DNA from: Elusimicrobia bacterium GWA2_51_34
GTDB lineage: Bacteria; Elusimicrobiota; Elusimicrobia; Elusimicrobiales; UBA9959
NCBI GenBank assembly: GCA_001799565.1
Contig: MGTS01000018.1
Location: forward strand, 23,344-87,343
Reading direction: 5' to 3'
DNA: 64,000 nt
Within the stretch, counting starts at the first letter, position 1. The number at the start of each line of letters is the position of its first letter. Below the pieces are notes generated by a model, which worked only from the letters and a program-made list of their open reading frames with translations, did no database searches and was not told where the DNA came from. This document shows, one piece after another, positions 1-8,627 of this stretch. The position numbers and the translations under genes were made by a program.

Positions 1-699
1 CAGGGTTTCAGGGTTCTGTTTCACGTAAAAAAATGTTTTATTGTCGTTCGCCCAGGCCATGTTGCCGGAAACGCTTGAGATATATTCATCATAAACTCTG
101 CCGGTTTCCAGATCTTTGAAATAAATGTTGTAAAACCGCCGCCCGCCAGTGTCCACGGCGAAAGCTATCATTTTATGGTCAGGCCTGATAGAGGGGAATT
201 GTATCTGAAAATAAGGTTTTCCCTTTCCCAGCTCATTGGCGTTAAGAATTATTTCCTCCGGCGCCTCAAGTGAACCCCTTTTGCGGGCATAGATGGGGTA
301 TTCAAAGCCCTGCTCATAGCGCTTATAGTAATAATAATTTTCATATTTGAACGGCACGGAAGAATCATCTTCCTTTATACGCGCCTTAATTTCGTTAAAA
401 AGCTTTTCCTTAAGAGGCCCTGTATGTTTTAAAACCGCTTCAGTATAGGCATTTTCAGCCTTGAGGTATTCAAGCACTTCGGGATTATTCCTTTCCTTAA
501 GCCAGTAATAGTCGTCTATTCTTACTCCGCCCGGGTTTTCAAGTTTATGAGGAATTTTTTTTGCCACAGGCGGCTGCTGGGCCAGGGCCTGGCTAGCCAT
601 GCAAGCCGCTATTCCTATCACGGAAAGCAAACCTAAATAGTTTGAGTGCTCAGTCACGGACAGGGCCATAGGCCCGTGACAGGTCAGTGTCTCAATCAT
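1..699 (-). CDS. Oligopeptidase B / prolyl oligopeptidase family protease, N-terminal part (gene continues beyond window start)
   Basis: Manual minus-strand translation is open from ATG (comp. 697-699) to the window edge. It contains PPVAKKIPHKLENPGGVRIDDYYWLKERNNPEVLEYLKAENAYTEAVL, typical of the S9A protease II N-terminus. The true start may be an internal Met, because the first codons overlap a REP-like hairpin. Confidence 0.85.
   Translation of the reverse strand, partial: MIETLTCHGPMALSVTEHSNYLGLLSVIGIAACMASQALAQQPPVAKKIPHKLENPGGVRIDDYYWLKERNNPEVLEYLKAENAYTEAVLKHTGPLKEKLFNEIKARIKEDDSSVPFKYENYYYYKRYEQGFEYPIYARKRGSLEAPEEIILNANELGKGKPYFQIQFPSIRPDHKMIAFAVDTGGRRFYNIYFKDLETGRVYDEYISSVSGNMAWANDNKTFFYVKQNPETL
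649..683. repeat. REP-like hairpin (inverted copy of 42460-42493)
   Basis: Reverse complement cctgtcacgggcctatggccctgtccgtgactgag against cctgtcgcgggcctctggcgctgtccgcgactgaa. This gives 30/35 identical, with a compensatory A-U to G-C change in the stem. Confidence 0.7.
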
Positions 700-810
700 G
701 TAATCTCCTTATCCAGTGTAGTGTGCTATGTTACATAAAAAAACGGGGCAGCCACAAAAAAAGCGTGGCGCCGCGCCGCTTTTGCGCCGACGCTTTAATT
801 TTGATACTTT

Positions 811-2079
811 ATGTGCATGCGCGCGCGTAAGACTGAAATAATCTGCACCGGTTCAGAACTGCTCAGCGGCAAACTGAATTTATATGTGCCGCTGTTCCAT
901 GAAAAACTTTTGCCGCTGGGTTTTGAAATTACGCGGGAACAATCTCCGGGCGATACCCTGCGGGAAATAGCCGATTGCATAAAAGGAGCCCTCACACGCG
1001 CCGACCTGGTTGTGGTCTGCGGAGGACTCGGCCCCACTTTTGACGATCTTACCCGCCAGGCGGCGGCCTCCGCTCTGAAAAAGAAACTGGTTTATTCCAA
1101 TGCCCAGGACTGCGCGCTTAAAGCTAAATACGGTCTTGCAAAACTGCCTCCTAACTTAGCCGACCAGTGCCTGAAACTTGCCGGGGCCAAAACCATAGAG
1201 AACCGCAACGGCACGGCCGCCGGGCAGGAAATAGCGTGTAAGAATAAACTGGTGGTATTACTGCCGGGGCCGAGGCATGAATGGGAGCCCATGTTCAAAG
1301 ATTGCCTGGAAGCGGACTTGAAAAGATTTTTTTCCGTCAGGGGCGGGGCTCCTGAAATGTTAAAACTTAAAATTTCCGGGCTGGGCGAAGTGACAGCCGA
1401 GAAGCTGCTGCGCCCGGTGATGAAGCGTTTTAAAGAAGCGCGCTATACCATTCTTGCCGGGCCGTGGACTGTGGAATTTATAATAACAGCGGGGGCAAAA
1501 GGCGAAATGCAAAGCGCGAAGTGCAAAACAGAAGAACGGAGTTCGACAATAGCAGAAATTGAAAAAGCCTGCCGTAAAATTCTGGGCAATAAGATATATG
1601 GGGTCAATGGCGACACGCTGGAAGCCGGGGCGGGCGCCCTGCTTTGCGGCGCGGGCCTTACGCTTTCATGCGCTGAGTCCTGCACAGGCGGACTACTCTC
1701 AAGCCTGATTACGGACAGTCCCGGCAGTTCGGCCTATTTTAAGGGCTCGGCGGTGGCCTATTCAAACGCTGCCAAAACACGCCTGCTGAAAGTCCGCCCT
1801 CAAACATTAAAAAAATATGGCGCGGTATCGGAACTCTGCGCGCGGGAAATGGCGCTGGGCGCGAAAAAACTTTTTTCATCTGACTACGCTCTGGCGATAA
1901 CAGGCATAGCCGGCCCTGAAGGCGGCACGCCAAAAAAGCCGGTAGGCACGGTGTGCTTCGCTCTTATGGGCCCCGGAAAAACAAATACTTTCACCAGACG
2001 TTTTCACGGCGAGAGGACATTTATTAAGCGCTGCGCCGCAAATTTCGCTTTGGATGAACTGCGAAAAGTAATAGAATAA
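811..2079 (+). CDS. cinA: CinA family protein (MoCF-like N-domain plus nicotinamide-nucleotide amidohydrolase PncC-like C-domain)
   Basis: 422-aa ORF. The N-terminus EIICTGSELLSGK and the C-terminal CAESCTGG...AITGIAGPEGG match the CinA architecture. Confidence 0.88.
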   Translation: MCMRARKTEIICTGSELLSGKLNLYVPLFHEKLLPLGFEITREQSPGDTLREIADCIKGALTRADLVVVCGGLGPTFDDLTRQAAASALKKKLVYSNAQDCALKAKYGLAKLPPNLADQCLKLAGAKTIENRNGTAAGQEIACKNKLVVLLPGPRHEWEPMFKDCLEADLKRFFSVRGGAPEMLKLKISGLGEVTAEKLLRPVMKRFKEARYTILAGPWTVEFIITAGAKGEMQSAKCKTEERSSTIAEIEKACRKILGNKIYGVNGDTLEAGAGALLCGAGLTLSCAESCTGGLLSSLITDSPGSSAYFKGSAVAYSNAAKTRLLKVRPQTLKKYGAVSELCAREMALGAKKLFSSDYALAITGIAGPEGGTPKKPVGTVCFALMGPGKTNTFTRRFHGERTFIKRCAANFALDELRKVIE

Positions 2080-2087
2080 TTAGGAGG

Positions 2088-2260
2088 TTGCAGGTTACAG
2101 GTGGCAGGTGGCAGGCTGAGAGACAACCGTTTCAAGAACCTTTCCGACGGAGGCGGCCCCGTATAGCTGTTTGGCGGGAAAGTCGAAAGGCCGCGCTCTG
2201 CCTGTAACCTGCTTCACTACCTTTTTTCCGCCTGTCACCCGTAACCTGAGACCTGATACC
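2088..2260. repeat. Word-repeat hairpin (GGTTACAGG/GGTGGCAGG words and their complements)
   Basis: Left arm gttgcaggttacaggtggcaggtggcaggc. The right side carries gcctgtaacctgc and cgcctgtcacccgtaacctg. Confidence 0.6.
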
Positions 2261-2277
2261 TTATTTAAGGAAAACCT

Positions 2278-2847
2278 ATGAAAAACACGGGATTTTTAAA
2301 CCTCATACTGATAGCGGCCGTTGCAGCCGGTTTAGCCTGCAAGAAGAAAGAGGCTGCGGTCACGGATGAACAAAAAGCCCCGGAGACTACGATAACCGCC
2401 ACCGTTAAAGCCGACAAAATTGACCCGGGGTACACGCGAAAATCCACCTATTTCAAGCTTCCCGACCTGAAAGGCGGCGAAATAGACCTGGCCGACTACG
2501 CGGGCAAGCCCGTGCTGCTGATGTTTTTCACCGAAAACTGCCCGTATTGCCGCCACGCCGCGCCGTTTATTGAAAAGATGCACCGGACTTACTCCCCAAA
2601 AGGCCTGAATGTAATCGGCATCTGCGTGGAGGAAAACGCGGACGCTGCGAAAGACTTCGCGCGCGGCCTGGGCCTGACCTTTCAGTTCGCCTACAAGGGC
2701 GGCGATCTTTCTATAAAATACAAAGCGCAGGGCGTGCCTTTTATTTATCTGCTTAACAGGAACCACGTGATTTACGAGATGTGGGGAGGCTATTCTCCGG
2801 ACTTTGACCCTGAAATAATAGAGAATATTGAGAAAGTTCTGAAGTAA
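2278..2847 (+). CDS. TlpA-like thiol:disulfide oxidoreductase lipoprotein (thioredoxin fold)
   Basis: Signal/lipobox-like N-terminus (AAGLAC), a CPYC redox motif in FFTENCPYCRH, and redoxin-like length. Confidence 0.8.
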   Translation: MKNTGFLNLILIAAVAAGLACKKKEAAVTDEQKAPETTITATVKADKIDPGYTRKSTYFKLPDLKGGEIDLADYAGKPVLLMFFTENCPYCRHAAPFIEKMHRTYSPKGLNVIGICVEENADAAKDFARGLGLTFQFAYKGGDLSIKYKAQGVPFIYLLNRNHVIYEMWGGYSPDFDPEIIENIEKVLK

Positions 2848-2868
2848 ATTCAGCGTAAAACAATTACA

Positions 2869-2956
2869 GCTTGTAGGCTAGTATGCCTGTAGGCTGGCAG
2901 GACAAAAAGAGATATTCCTTTTTTCTGTAAGCATACCGGCCTACCCGCATACCAGC
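2869..2956. repeat. Word-repeat hairpin, GTAGGCT/GTATGCC word family
   Basis: gcttgtaggctagtatgcctgtaggctggcagg ... gcataccggcctacccgcataccagc. The arms are imperfect complements built from the same words. Confidence 0.65.
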
Positions 2957-2986
2957 GAATCTATTTCTCCTGATACCCTTTATTTT

Positions 2987-4099
2987 ATGATCATACAGAA
3001 AGGCACTATCCTTATCTATCGCGTCTTTGACGTGGGCGGCGAGATTTTGCTTTCGGAGGCGGAAAAAATACTCAGCCAAAGCTCGCCCGGCTTCCGCCTT
3101 AAACTCGCCACCGACACCCGCAAAGCCATAATAATAAAGGATTCTCCGCTTAAAGCCGACCTGGGTGAAGACACCCTTAAACTTCCCGGGGGGGAATTCA
3201 AGGTGAGCGCGCGGGCCCGCCTGTGGAATTACGGCGCCATTTCCATAACGCTTGAACTTGACATACCCGCGGGCTGCGGCTGGGAAGAACTGGTTAAACT
3301 TGCGGCCGACATTGAAGCCTCCGAAAAAATAGAAGAAATGGCCAGACGCCACAACAGCAATATCAAAAAAAAGATCCTGCCCGCCATAAAAAATCCGGCT
3401 GAATGGGAAGTGTTTGAGGACTACATCACCTATATAATCGAAAAAGCCGACGGTTTGGACAACCCAGCTGAATTTATAAAAAAAGTGGATGTGGCCGCCC
3501 TCATCATGGCGGAGGACGAAGAATGTTTAAGCGAAGAATCAAAAGCTTTTATTACCGAAAACGCCATGCAGTACGCAAAAACAGACCTAGCGGTAATTGA
3601 CTGGAACTCGGCCCTTTTAATAGAACCTGACGGCCAGCGGGACGTGGCGGACGTGATAGAGTTTTCTCTTACGCATTTGCTCGAGTTCCGTTATTACGAC
3701 GAGATGTTGAACCGCAATCTGGACTATCTTTACGACACGATAGAGGAAAAACGCGAAAGCATAGTTAATATTTTCCGCAATTACTACGCCGATATAGCCG
3801 AAGATTCAAGCCGCAAGTATATGGAGTTTTCCGAATTTCTCGGCAGGGTTGAAAACTCGCTTAAAACCGTGGGCGACCCGTATCTGGCCATTATCTTCAA
3901 GGCCTCGGCGCACGAATTCCACTTTGACGACTGGCAAAAAAGCATTTCGCGCAAGATGGAAACACTGGCTCAGATAACGCAGATACTGCACGGCGAGGTG
4001 AACACCAGACGCAGCCATTGGCTTGAAATAATTATTATAGCGCTTATCGCGCTTGAGCTGGTGCCGCTGCTTTTAGATCTTTTGCGCTACCTGCGATAG
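2987..4099 (+). CDS. Hypothetical protein with C-terminal transmembrane helix
   Basis: 370-aa ORF with coding-like composition and a hydrophobic C-terminus WLEIIIIALIALELVPLLLDLL. No family assigned with confidence. Confidence 0.55.
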   Translation: MIIQKGTILIYRVFDVGGEILLSEAEKILSQSSPGFRLKLATDTRKAIIIKDSPLKADLGEDTLKLPGGEFKVSARARLWNYGAISITLELDIPAGCGWEELVKLAADIEASEKIEEMARRHNSNIKKKILPAIKNPAEWEVFEDYITYIIEKADGLDNPAEFIKKVDVAALIMAEDEECLSEESKAFITENAMQYAKTDLAVIDWNSALLIEPDGQRDVADVIEFSLTHLLEFRYYDEMLNRNLDYLYDTIEEKRESIVNIFRNYYADIAEDSSRKYMEFSEFLGRVENSLKTVGDPYLAIIFKASAHEFHFDDWQKSISRKMETLAQITQILHGEVNTRRSHWLEIIIIALIALELVPLLLDLLRYLR

Positions 4100-4104
4100 A
4101 TGGG

Positions 4105-4240
4105 AATAGATAGCAACGAAAAGCAAAAGAAGGCAACTGAACGCCATAGAAAGTAAGAAGGCCGGATAAAACAGTTTTCTCTCTTACTTTCAGTTGCTTT
4201 CCGTAGCGTTCCGTAGCCTTCACTGGCAAACGATGACAAC
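4105..4240. repeat. Dispersed hairpin repeat, GCAACTGAA...AGAAAGTAAGAAG / CTTACTTTCAGTTGCTTTCCGTAGC family
   Basis: Shares ggcaactgaa-N-agaaagtaagaag-N-agttttc-N-cttac-tt-cagttgctttccgtagc with the copies at 11255-11482 and 36232-36410. Confidence 0.7.
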
Positions 4241-4261
4241 AGCCCAGCCTTAACAGCCTCA

Positions 4262-5758
4262 TCAACAATACAGATACTCCGCCACCAGCTTTTTTATTTC
4301 CTCTTCTTTGCCGTAAAGCCGTTCGCTCAGGTTACGGTCGTCATAGCTTCTGAGTTTCTTTATAATTGCGTCCGTCACGGAGGAGGGGAAAACACCCAGC
4401 GCTTCGTAGGCCTGCCTGTCTTTTTCAAGTTCCTGCGCGGATTCGCGGCATGAGGCCGGTAGCTTTGGAAATCGCTCACTGAGATTTTTATTTTCAGCGT
4501 GGGAAACATTGCCTTCCACGAAGTGTCCGTCCGCGAACTTCACTGAGTCCTTCATTTCAAAACCCAGGCGGGCGGCGCAGCAAAGACCGGCCAAAAAAAG
4601 GTGCAAATTAGCCGAGCCGTCAGCCGAACGGAATTCCACGGTCTGGCCGGGCTTTATCCCGCAAAGTTCACGCGCCGAACGGGGGTTCGCGTCATTTATC
4701 ATAACGTCGGAGTTGTGCCAGCCAAGCGGCACACGCACAAGGGCCGAACGGTTGCGGTAGCCCCAGCAGACGCTGATAGGAGCTTCCTGGTGGGGAACCA
4801 GCCGGAAATAGGAAGTGGGCACGGTATTGCCGAAAGCGGTAAGCGACCGGGCAAGTTTTAAAAATCCGGCTATGGCTTTTTTGGCTTCAGGTGAAAGACC
4901 CCGGTCCGAGAGCATGATATTTTTACCGTTTTTAAGCAGGCAGGTGTGAAAATGAAGGCCAGAACCGGCATGGCCGATTGAGATTTTAGGCGCAAAAGTG
5001 ACGGCCACCCCGTGTTTACGGCCTATGCCTGAAACTATCCACTTCGCCACGGCAAGCTGGTCGGCCGCATCGGAGCAGTCAACCGGCAAAAATTCAATCT
5101 CCTGCTGGGTCATTTCCGCGTCCCCGGTACGGATAAACCCCACCTCAGAGTGGCCGTATTTTATCCGGCCTCCGGCTTCGGCTATGGCGTTCATGGCTTC
5201 ACAGCGCAAATTCTCCCACTTGGAAAAGGGGAAAGCTTCGTGATATCCCCTTTGCGCGGCGGTCGGGTAAAGCGGGTCTTTCCCGGAAATAACGTAGTAT
5301 TCAAGCTCTCCCAGGGCGTGAAAATCAAGGCCGGTTTTTTCTTGAAATCGCGCGTGGGCGCGTTTTAAAATATTCTCAGGAGCGCTGGAAAACGGCGAAC
5401 CGTCCGGATTATAAAAAGAGCAAAGCACATCCACCGCCGGCACCTCTGAAAAAGGGTTGACAAAAGCCGTGCGGTAGCGCGGCAGCACATAAAGATCGCT
5501 TGAGGAAGCGTCTATATTTTTAAACAGGTTTGAGCCGTCAACCCGCTCGCCGGCTGAAAGCACACGGTCAAGATATTTATCGTCGTTGATGACAAAATTA
5601 AGCGTTTTAAGGCGGCTGTCGCCCGCCACATAGCGGAAATTGAGCATACGCACTCCGGCCGAGCGGATGTAGCGCATAAGATCTTTTTTCGTGAAAGATA
5701 CAGGCTCTTTATTAAGGTAAGAAGCGATTTTGTTCCGCATTATCTTTTTAGGAGACAT
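4262..5758 (-). CDS. Glutamine synthetase family protein
   Basis: 498-aa ORF with GS catalytic-domain motifs: FAPKISIGHAGSGLHFHTCL, NRSALVRVP and GHSEVG. Confidence 0.8.
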   Translation of the reverse strand: MSPKKIMRNKIASYLNKEPVSFTKKDLMRYIRSAGVRMLNFRYVAGDSRLKTLNFVINDDKYLDRVLSAGERVDGSNLFKNIDASSSDLYVLPRYRTAFVNPFSEVPAVDVLCSFYNPDGSPFSSAPENILKRAHARFQEKTGLDFHALGELEYYVISGKDPLYPTAAQRGYHEAFPFSKWENLRCEAMNAIAEAGGRIKYGHSEVGFIRTGDAEMTQQEIEFLPVDCSDAADQLAVAKWIVSGIGRKHGVAVTFAPKISIGHAGSGLHFHTCLLKNGKNIMLSDRGLSPEAKKAIAGFLKLARSLTAFGNTVPTSYFRLVPHQEAPISVCWGYRNRSALVRVPLGWHNSDVMINDANPRSARELCGIKPGQTVEFRSADGSANLHLFLAGLCCAARLGFEMKDSVKFADGHFVEGNVSHAENKNLSERFPKLPASCRESAQELEKDRQAYEALGVFPSSVTDAIIKKLRSYDDRNLSERLYGKEEEIKKLVAEYLYC

Positions 5759-5847
5759 AAAACACCCCGCTAATTAAAGTAAATTCAAAAAATAATACCA
5801 TTTTATTGATAAAGACCCTCGCCTTTATTGCACGGGCGGCGTAAACC

Positions 5848-7548
5848 ATGTCCGTATTTTATATAGAATATCGTAGCATGAAGAAACCCTCCGGACCCAT
5901 CCTCATCTGGCGAAAAGCGGCCGTCCTCGGCAGCCTCTGGGCGGCTTCGGAAATAGTGCTGGGCAGCTTTCTGAAGAACGCGCGCGTGCCGTTTTCGGGC
6001 GAATTCCTGACCGCTATAGGCATAGCGATACTGATAGCCGGGCACAGGCTTTGGCCGGAGCGCGGGCTCTTGTGGCGCGCAGGCTTTGTCTGCGCCGCAA
6101 TGAAATCCGTCTCTCCCAGCGCAGTTATTTTCGGGCCTATGTTAGCTATTTCCATGGAAGGTCTGCTGGCCGAGGCGGGGGTGCGGCTGCTGGGCGCAAA
6201 CCCCGCAGGCTACCTGTTGGGCGGCGGCCTTGCTATGAGTTGGCCCCTGGCCCACAAAGTGACAAAACTGCTCATCCTTTACGGCCCGGACACGGTTAAT
6301 ATTTACCTGCGCGGGGTAGAGTGGCTGCGCTTACATAGCGGTTTCGGACCGGGAACCACATGGGCTCCATTGATATTATTGTTTATGGCCTATTTCCTGG
6401 CGGGCGCGGCCGCGGCGGCCGCCGGAATGCGCGCAGAAAAAGAAAAGGCGTTTATTCAGGAACCTGCCGCGGATCAAGCGGCGTTTAAACCCCGTGACAT
6501 CAATCAAACTCCCGCGCGCGCATATTCCGCTGTGTTGCTTGTCTTTCACATATTATTTGTTTCGGCTGTAATGGCTGCCGGGAGTAAAATACCGGCAGCG
6601 GGCCTGCTGGTAACTGCAGGCGTTTATGGTTATTTTTGCGCGCGTTTTTATCCGCGCGCCCGATCGCTCCTTAAGCGTACAGGTATCTGGGCGGGCGTGC
6701 TGGCCGCTTCACTATTTGCCGGGCTTATACTGGGCAGCGCGGAGTCCGGTTTACACATGGCATTACGGGCTTTCACGCTTACGCTGGCTTTTGCGGCCAT
6801 CGGCTGCGAACTTATGAACCCGGCCATTCACGCGCGTCTGGAACGGCTTGGCGGCGGCATTTTCTTTGAAACTCTGGAGTACGCTTTCAACGCGCTGCCA
6901 GGAATAATTGCCGGACTTCCTTCCGGGCGGATTTTTGCCGGACGGCCATTGGCAGTAATAGGCGGGGCCGTGGCGCGCGCGCCGTTCCTGCTTGACGCTA
7001 TCTCGCAGGCTGCTCCGGTCTTTATAATAACCGGCGGCCGCGGCAGCGGCAAAAGCGAACTTGTTATAGAACTGGCCAAATTCCTGCGCGCGGCCGGCAA
7101 AAAGCCCGGCGGAATATGCGCCGCCGGCCTTTGGCAGAACGGCACGCGGACGGGTTTTGACCTTATAGATCTGTCTTCAGGAACGCGTGTGCCGCTGTGC
7201 CGCCGCGGGGCTTCCGGCGGAACCGCGGCAGCCGCCGGTGAATTCCGGTTTTTTAAGGAAGGCCTGGAAACCGGAATAAAGGCCCTTTCGCCTGAGAGTT
7301 TAGCCGGCGCGGACGCGGTTTTCGTGGACGAAATAGGCCCTCTGGAACTTGACGGCGGCGGCTGGGCGGAACCGCTTGAAGTTTTGCTTGAGAATCAAAA
7401 AGCGCCGCTGGTCATTGTCGTGCGCAACAGCCTGCTGGACAGGGTCCGCGCCCGCTGGGGACTCCTGGGCCGCGCGGTTATCCTTGAAACCGGCCGGATA
7501 TCAGCCGGCGATTGTTTTATTAAATTAAGCCGGTATTTTATACGATAG
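5848..7548 (+). CDS. Fusion protein: polytopic membrane domain plus C-terminal P-loop NTPase (DUF2478/THEP1-like)
   Basis: The N-terminal ~370 aa are hydrophobic and multi-TM. The C-terminus has Walker A (ITGGRGSGKS) and Walker B-like (VFVDEIGPLE) motifs. Confidence 0.65.
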   Translation: MSVFYIEYRSMKKPSGPILIWRKAAVLGSLWAASEIVLGSFLKNARVPFSGEFLTAIGIAILIAGHRLWPERGLLWRAGFVCAAMKSVSPSAVIFGPMLAISMEGLLAEAGVRLLGANPAGYLLGGGLAMSWPLAHKVTKLLILYGPDTVNIYLRGVEWLRLHSGFGPGTTWAPLILLFMAYFLAGAAAAAAGMRAEKEKAFIQEPAADQAAFKPRDINQTPARAYSAVLLVFHILFVSAVMAAGSKIPAAGLLVTAGVYGYFCARFYPRARSLLKRTGIWAGVLAASLFAGLILGSAESGLHMALRAFTLTLAFAAIGCELMNPAIHARLERLGGGIFFETLEYAFNALPGIIAGLPSGRIFAGRPLAVIGGAVARAPFLLDAISQAAPVFIITGGRGSGKSELVIELAKFLRAAGKKPGGICAAGLWQNGTRTGFDLIDLSSGTRVPLCRRGASGGTAAAAGEFRFFKEGLETGIKALSPESLAGADAVFVDEIGPLELDGGGWAEPLEVLLENQKAPLVIVVRNSLLDRVRARWGLLGRAVILETGRISAGDCFIKLSRYFIR

Positions 7549-7678
7549 CGTTTTAAAATTTAGATCTGAAATTTAGAAGTGGAATTTACTGTTAATAATG
7601 GTGAAACTGATATAATAGTGCGAATTACCCATTACGGAATTTGAAACACGAAGAGAAACCCAAAACGTGAAATAAATT

Positions 7679-8194
7679 ATGAACATAAACGACAAAATAC
7701 GGTTCATGGAAAACAATCTGGCCCGCCAGCTGGACTGGATACGGGCCGCCGACTCAAAAATAGCGCCCGTGATATTTATCACCACCTCAATGCTCGGCGC
7801 AAGCGTGGCCTTCCTTTCCAAAACGAGTGACCCTTCCGGGTTTACCCTGGCGCTCGCCGCGATATGCATAGGGGCGCTCATTTACACGCTGTCCTGCATG
7901 GTAATGGTAAATTTCCCGCGCATTACCCGCTATGACGAATCCGCCATCTTCTTTGAGGGCATAAAGTTTTCCGGCTTTGCGGGTTTTGAAAAAAAAGCGG
8001 GGGAAATAACAGAGGAAGCCTATTTCAGGGACCTCACGCGCATGTGCTATAACAACGCCATCATAGCCAGCGCCAAATTCAGCTATGTAAAAAGGGCCAT
8101 GATCTCTCTTTTTATAGCCATACTCCCCTGGATGCTGTTGGTTTACAATGTATTCCACTATGTAAAAATTGACGCGTTTCTTCAGGGAAAATAA
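7679..8194 (+). CDS. Hypothetical small membrane protein (possibly DUF5706 / Pycsar-effector-like TM domain)
   Basis: 171-aa ORF. QLDWIRAADSKIAPVIFITTSMLG is followed by further TM segments, and an AT-rich tract lies upstream. The family assignment is from memory of that domain's signature and is not verified. Confidence 0.45.
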   Translation: MNINDKIRFMENNLARQLDWIRAADSKIAPVIFITTSMLGASVAFLSKTSDPSGFTLALAAICIGALIYTLSCMVMVNFPRITRYDESAIFFEGIKFSGFAGFEKKAGEITEEAYFRDLTRMCYNNAIIASAKFSYVKRAMISLFIAILPWMLLVYNVFHYVKIDAFLQGK

Positions 8195-8284
8195 TGGACC
8201 GGGAAGTCCGGCCCTGACTTAATACTGTAAAGTCACTGCTTTCCTTATACCACTACCGCCCGTCACCCGCAGCCTGCCTTCTCA

Positions 8285-8314
8285 TTGACTTGCCTCACGT
8301 TCAATTAATATAAT
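8285..8314 (+). promoter_or_regulatory. Sigma-70-like promoter upstream of rpsO
   Basis: TTGACT (8285-8290), 18-nt spacer, TATAAT (8309-8314), about 40 nt upstream of the rpsO start. Confidence 0.55.
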
Positions 8315-8352
8315 AAATGAAAGACCAAAATTAAACTAAAGAGAGCGTAAAA

Positions 8353-8622
8353 ATGCCATTAACCAAGACAAAAACCAAAGAAGTTGTGGATAAATTCTCC
8401 GCGAAACCCAATGATACCGGTTCAATTTCAGTGCAGATAGCTCTGCTCACCGAAAGGATCCAGTATCTTTCAAAGCATATAACCGCTAATCCGAAGGACC
8501 ATTCCTCCGCGCGCGGTCTTTCCGTGCTGGTAGTCCAAAGGAAGACCTCGCTGGCCTATCTGAGCAAACACAACAGGGAAGCATACAAAAGCCTCATTAA
8601 ACAACTAGGCTTAAGGAAATAA
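8353..8622 (+). CDS. rpsO: 30S ribosomal protein S15
   Basis: 89 aa with the S15 signature GSISVQIALLTERIQYLSKHI...HSSARGL. Conserved rpsO-pnp synteny. Confidence 0.97.
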   Translation: MPLTKTKTKEVVDKFSAKPNDTGSISVQIALLTERIQYLSKHITANPKDHSSARGLSVLVVQRKTSLAYLSKHNREAYKSLIKQLGLRK

Positions 8623-8627
8623 CGACC

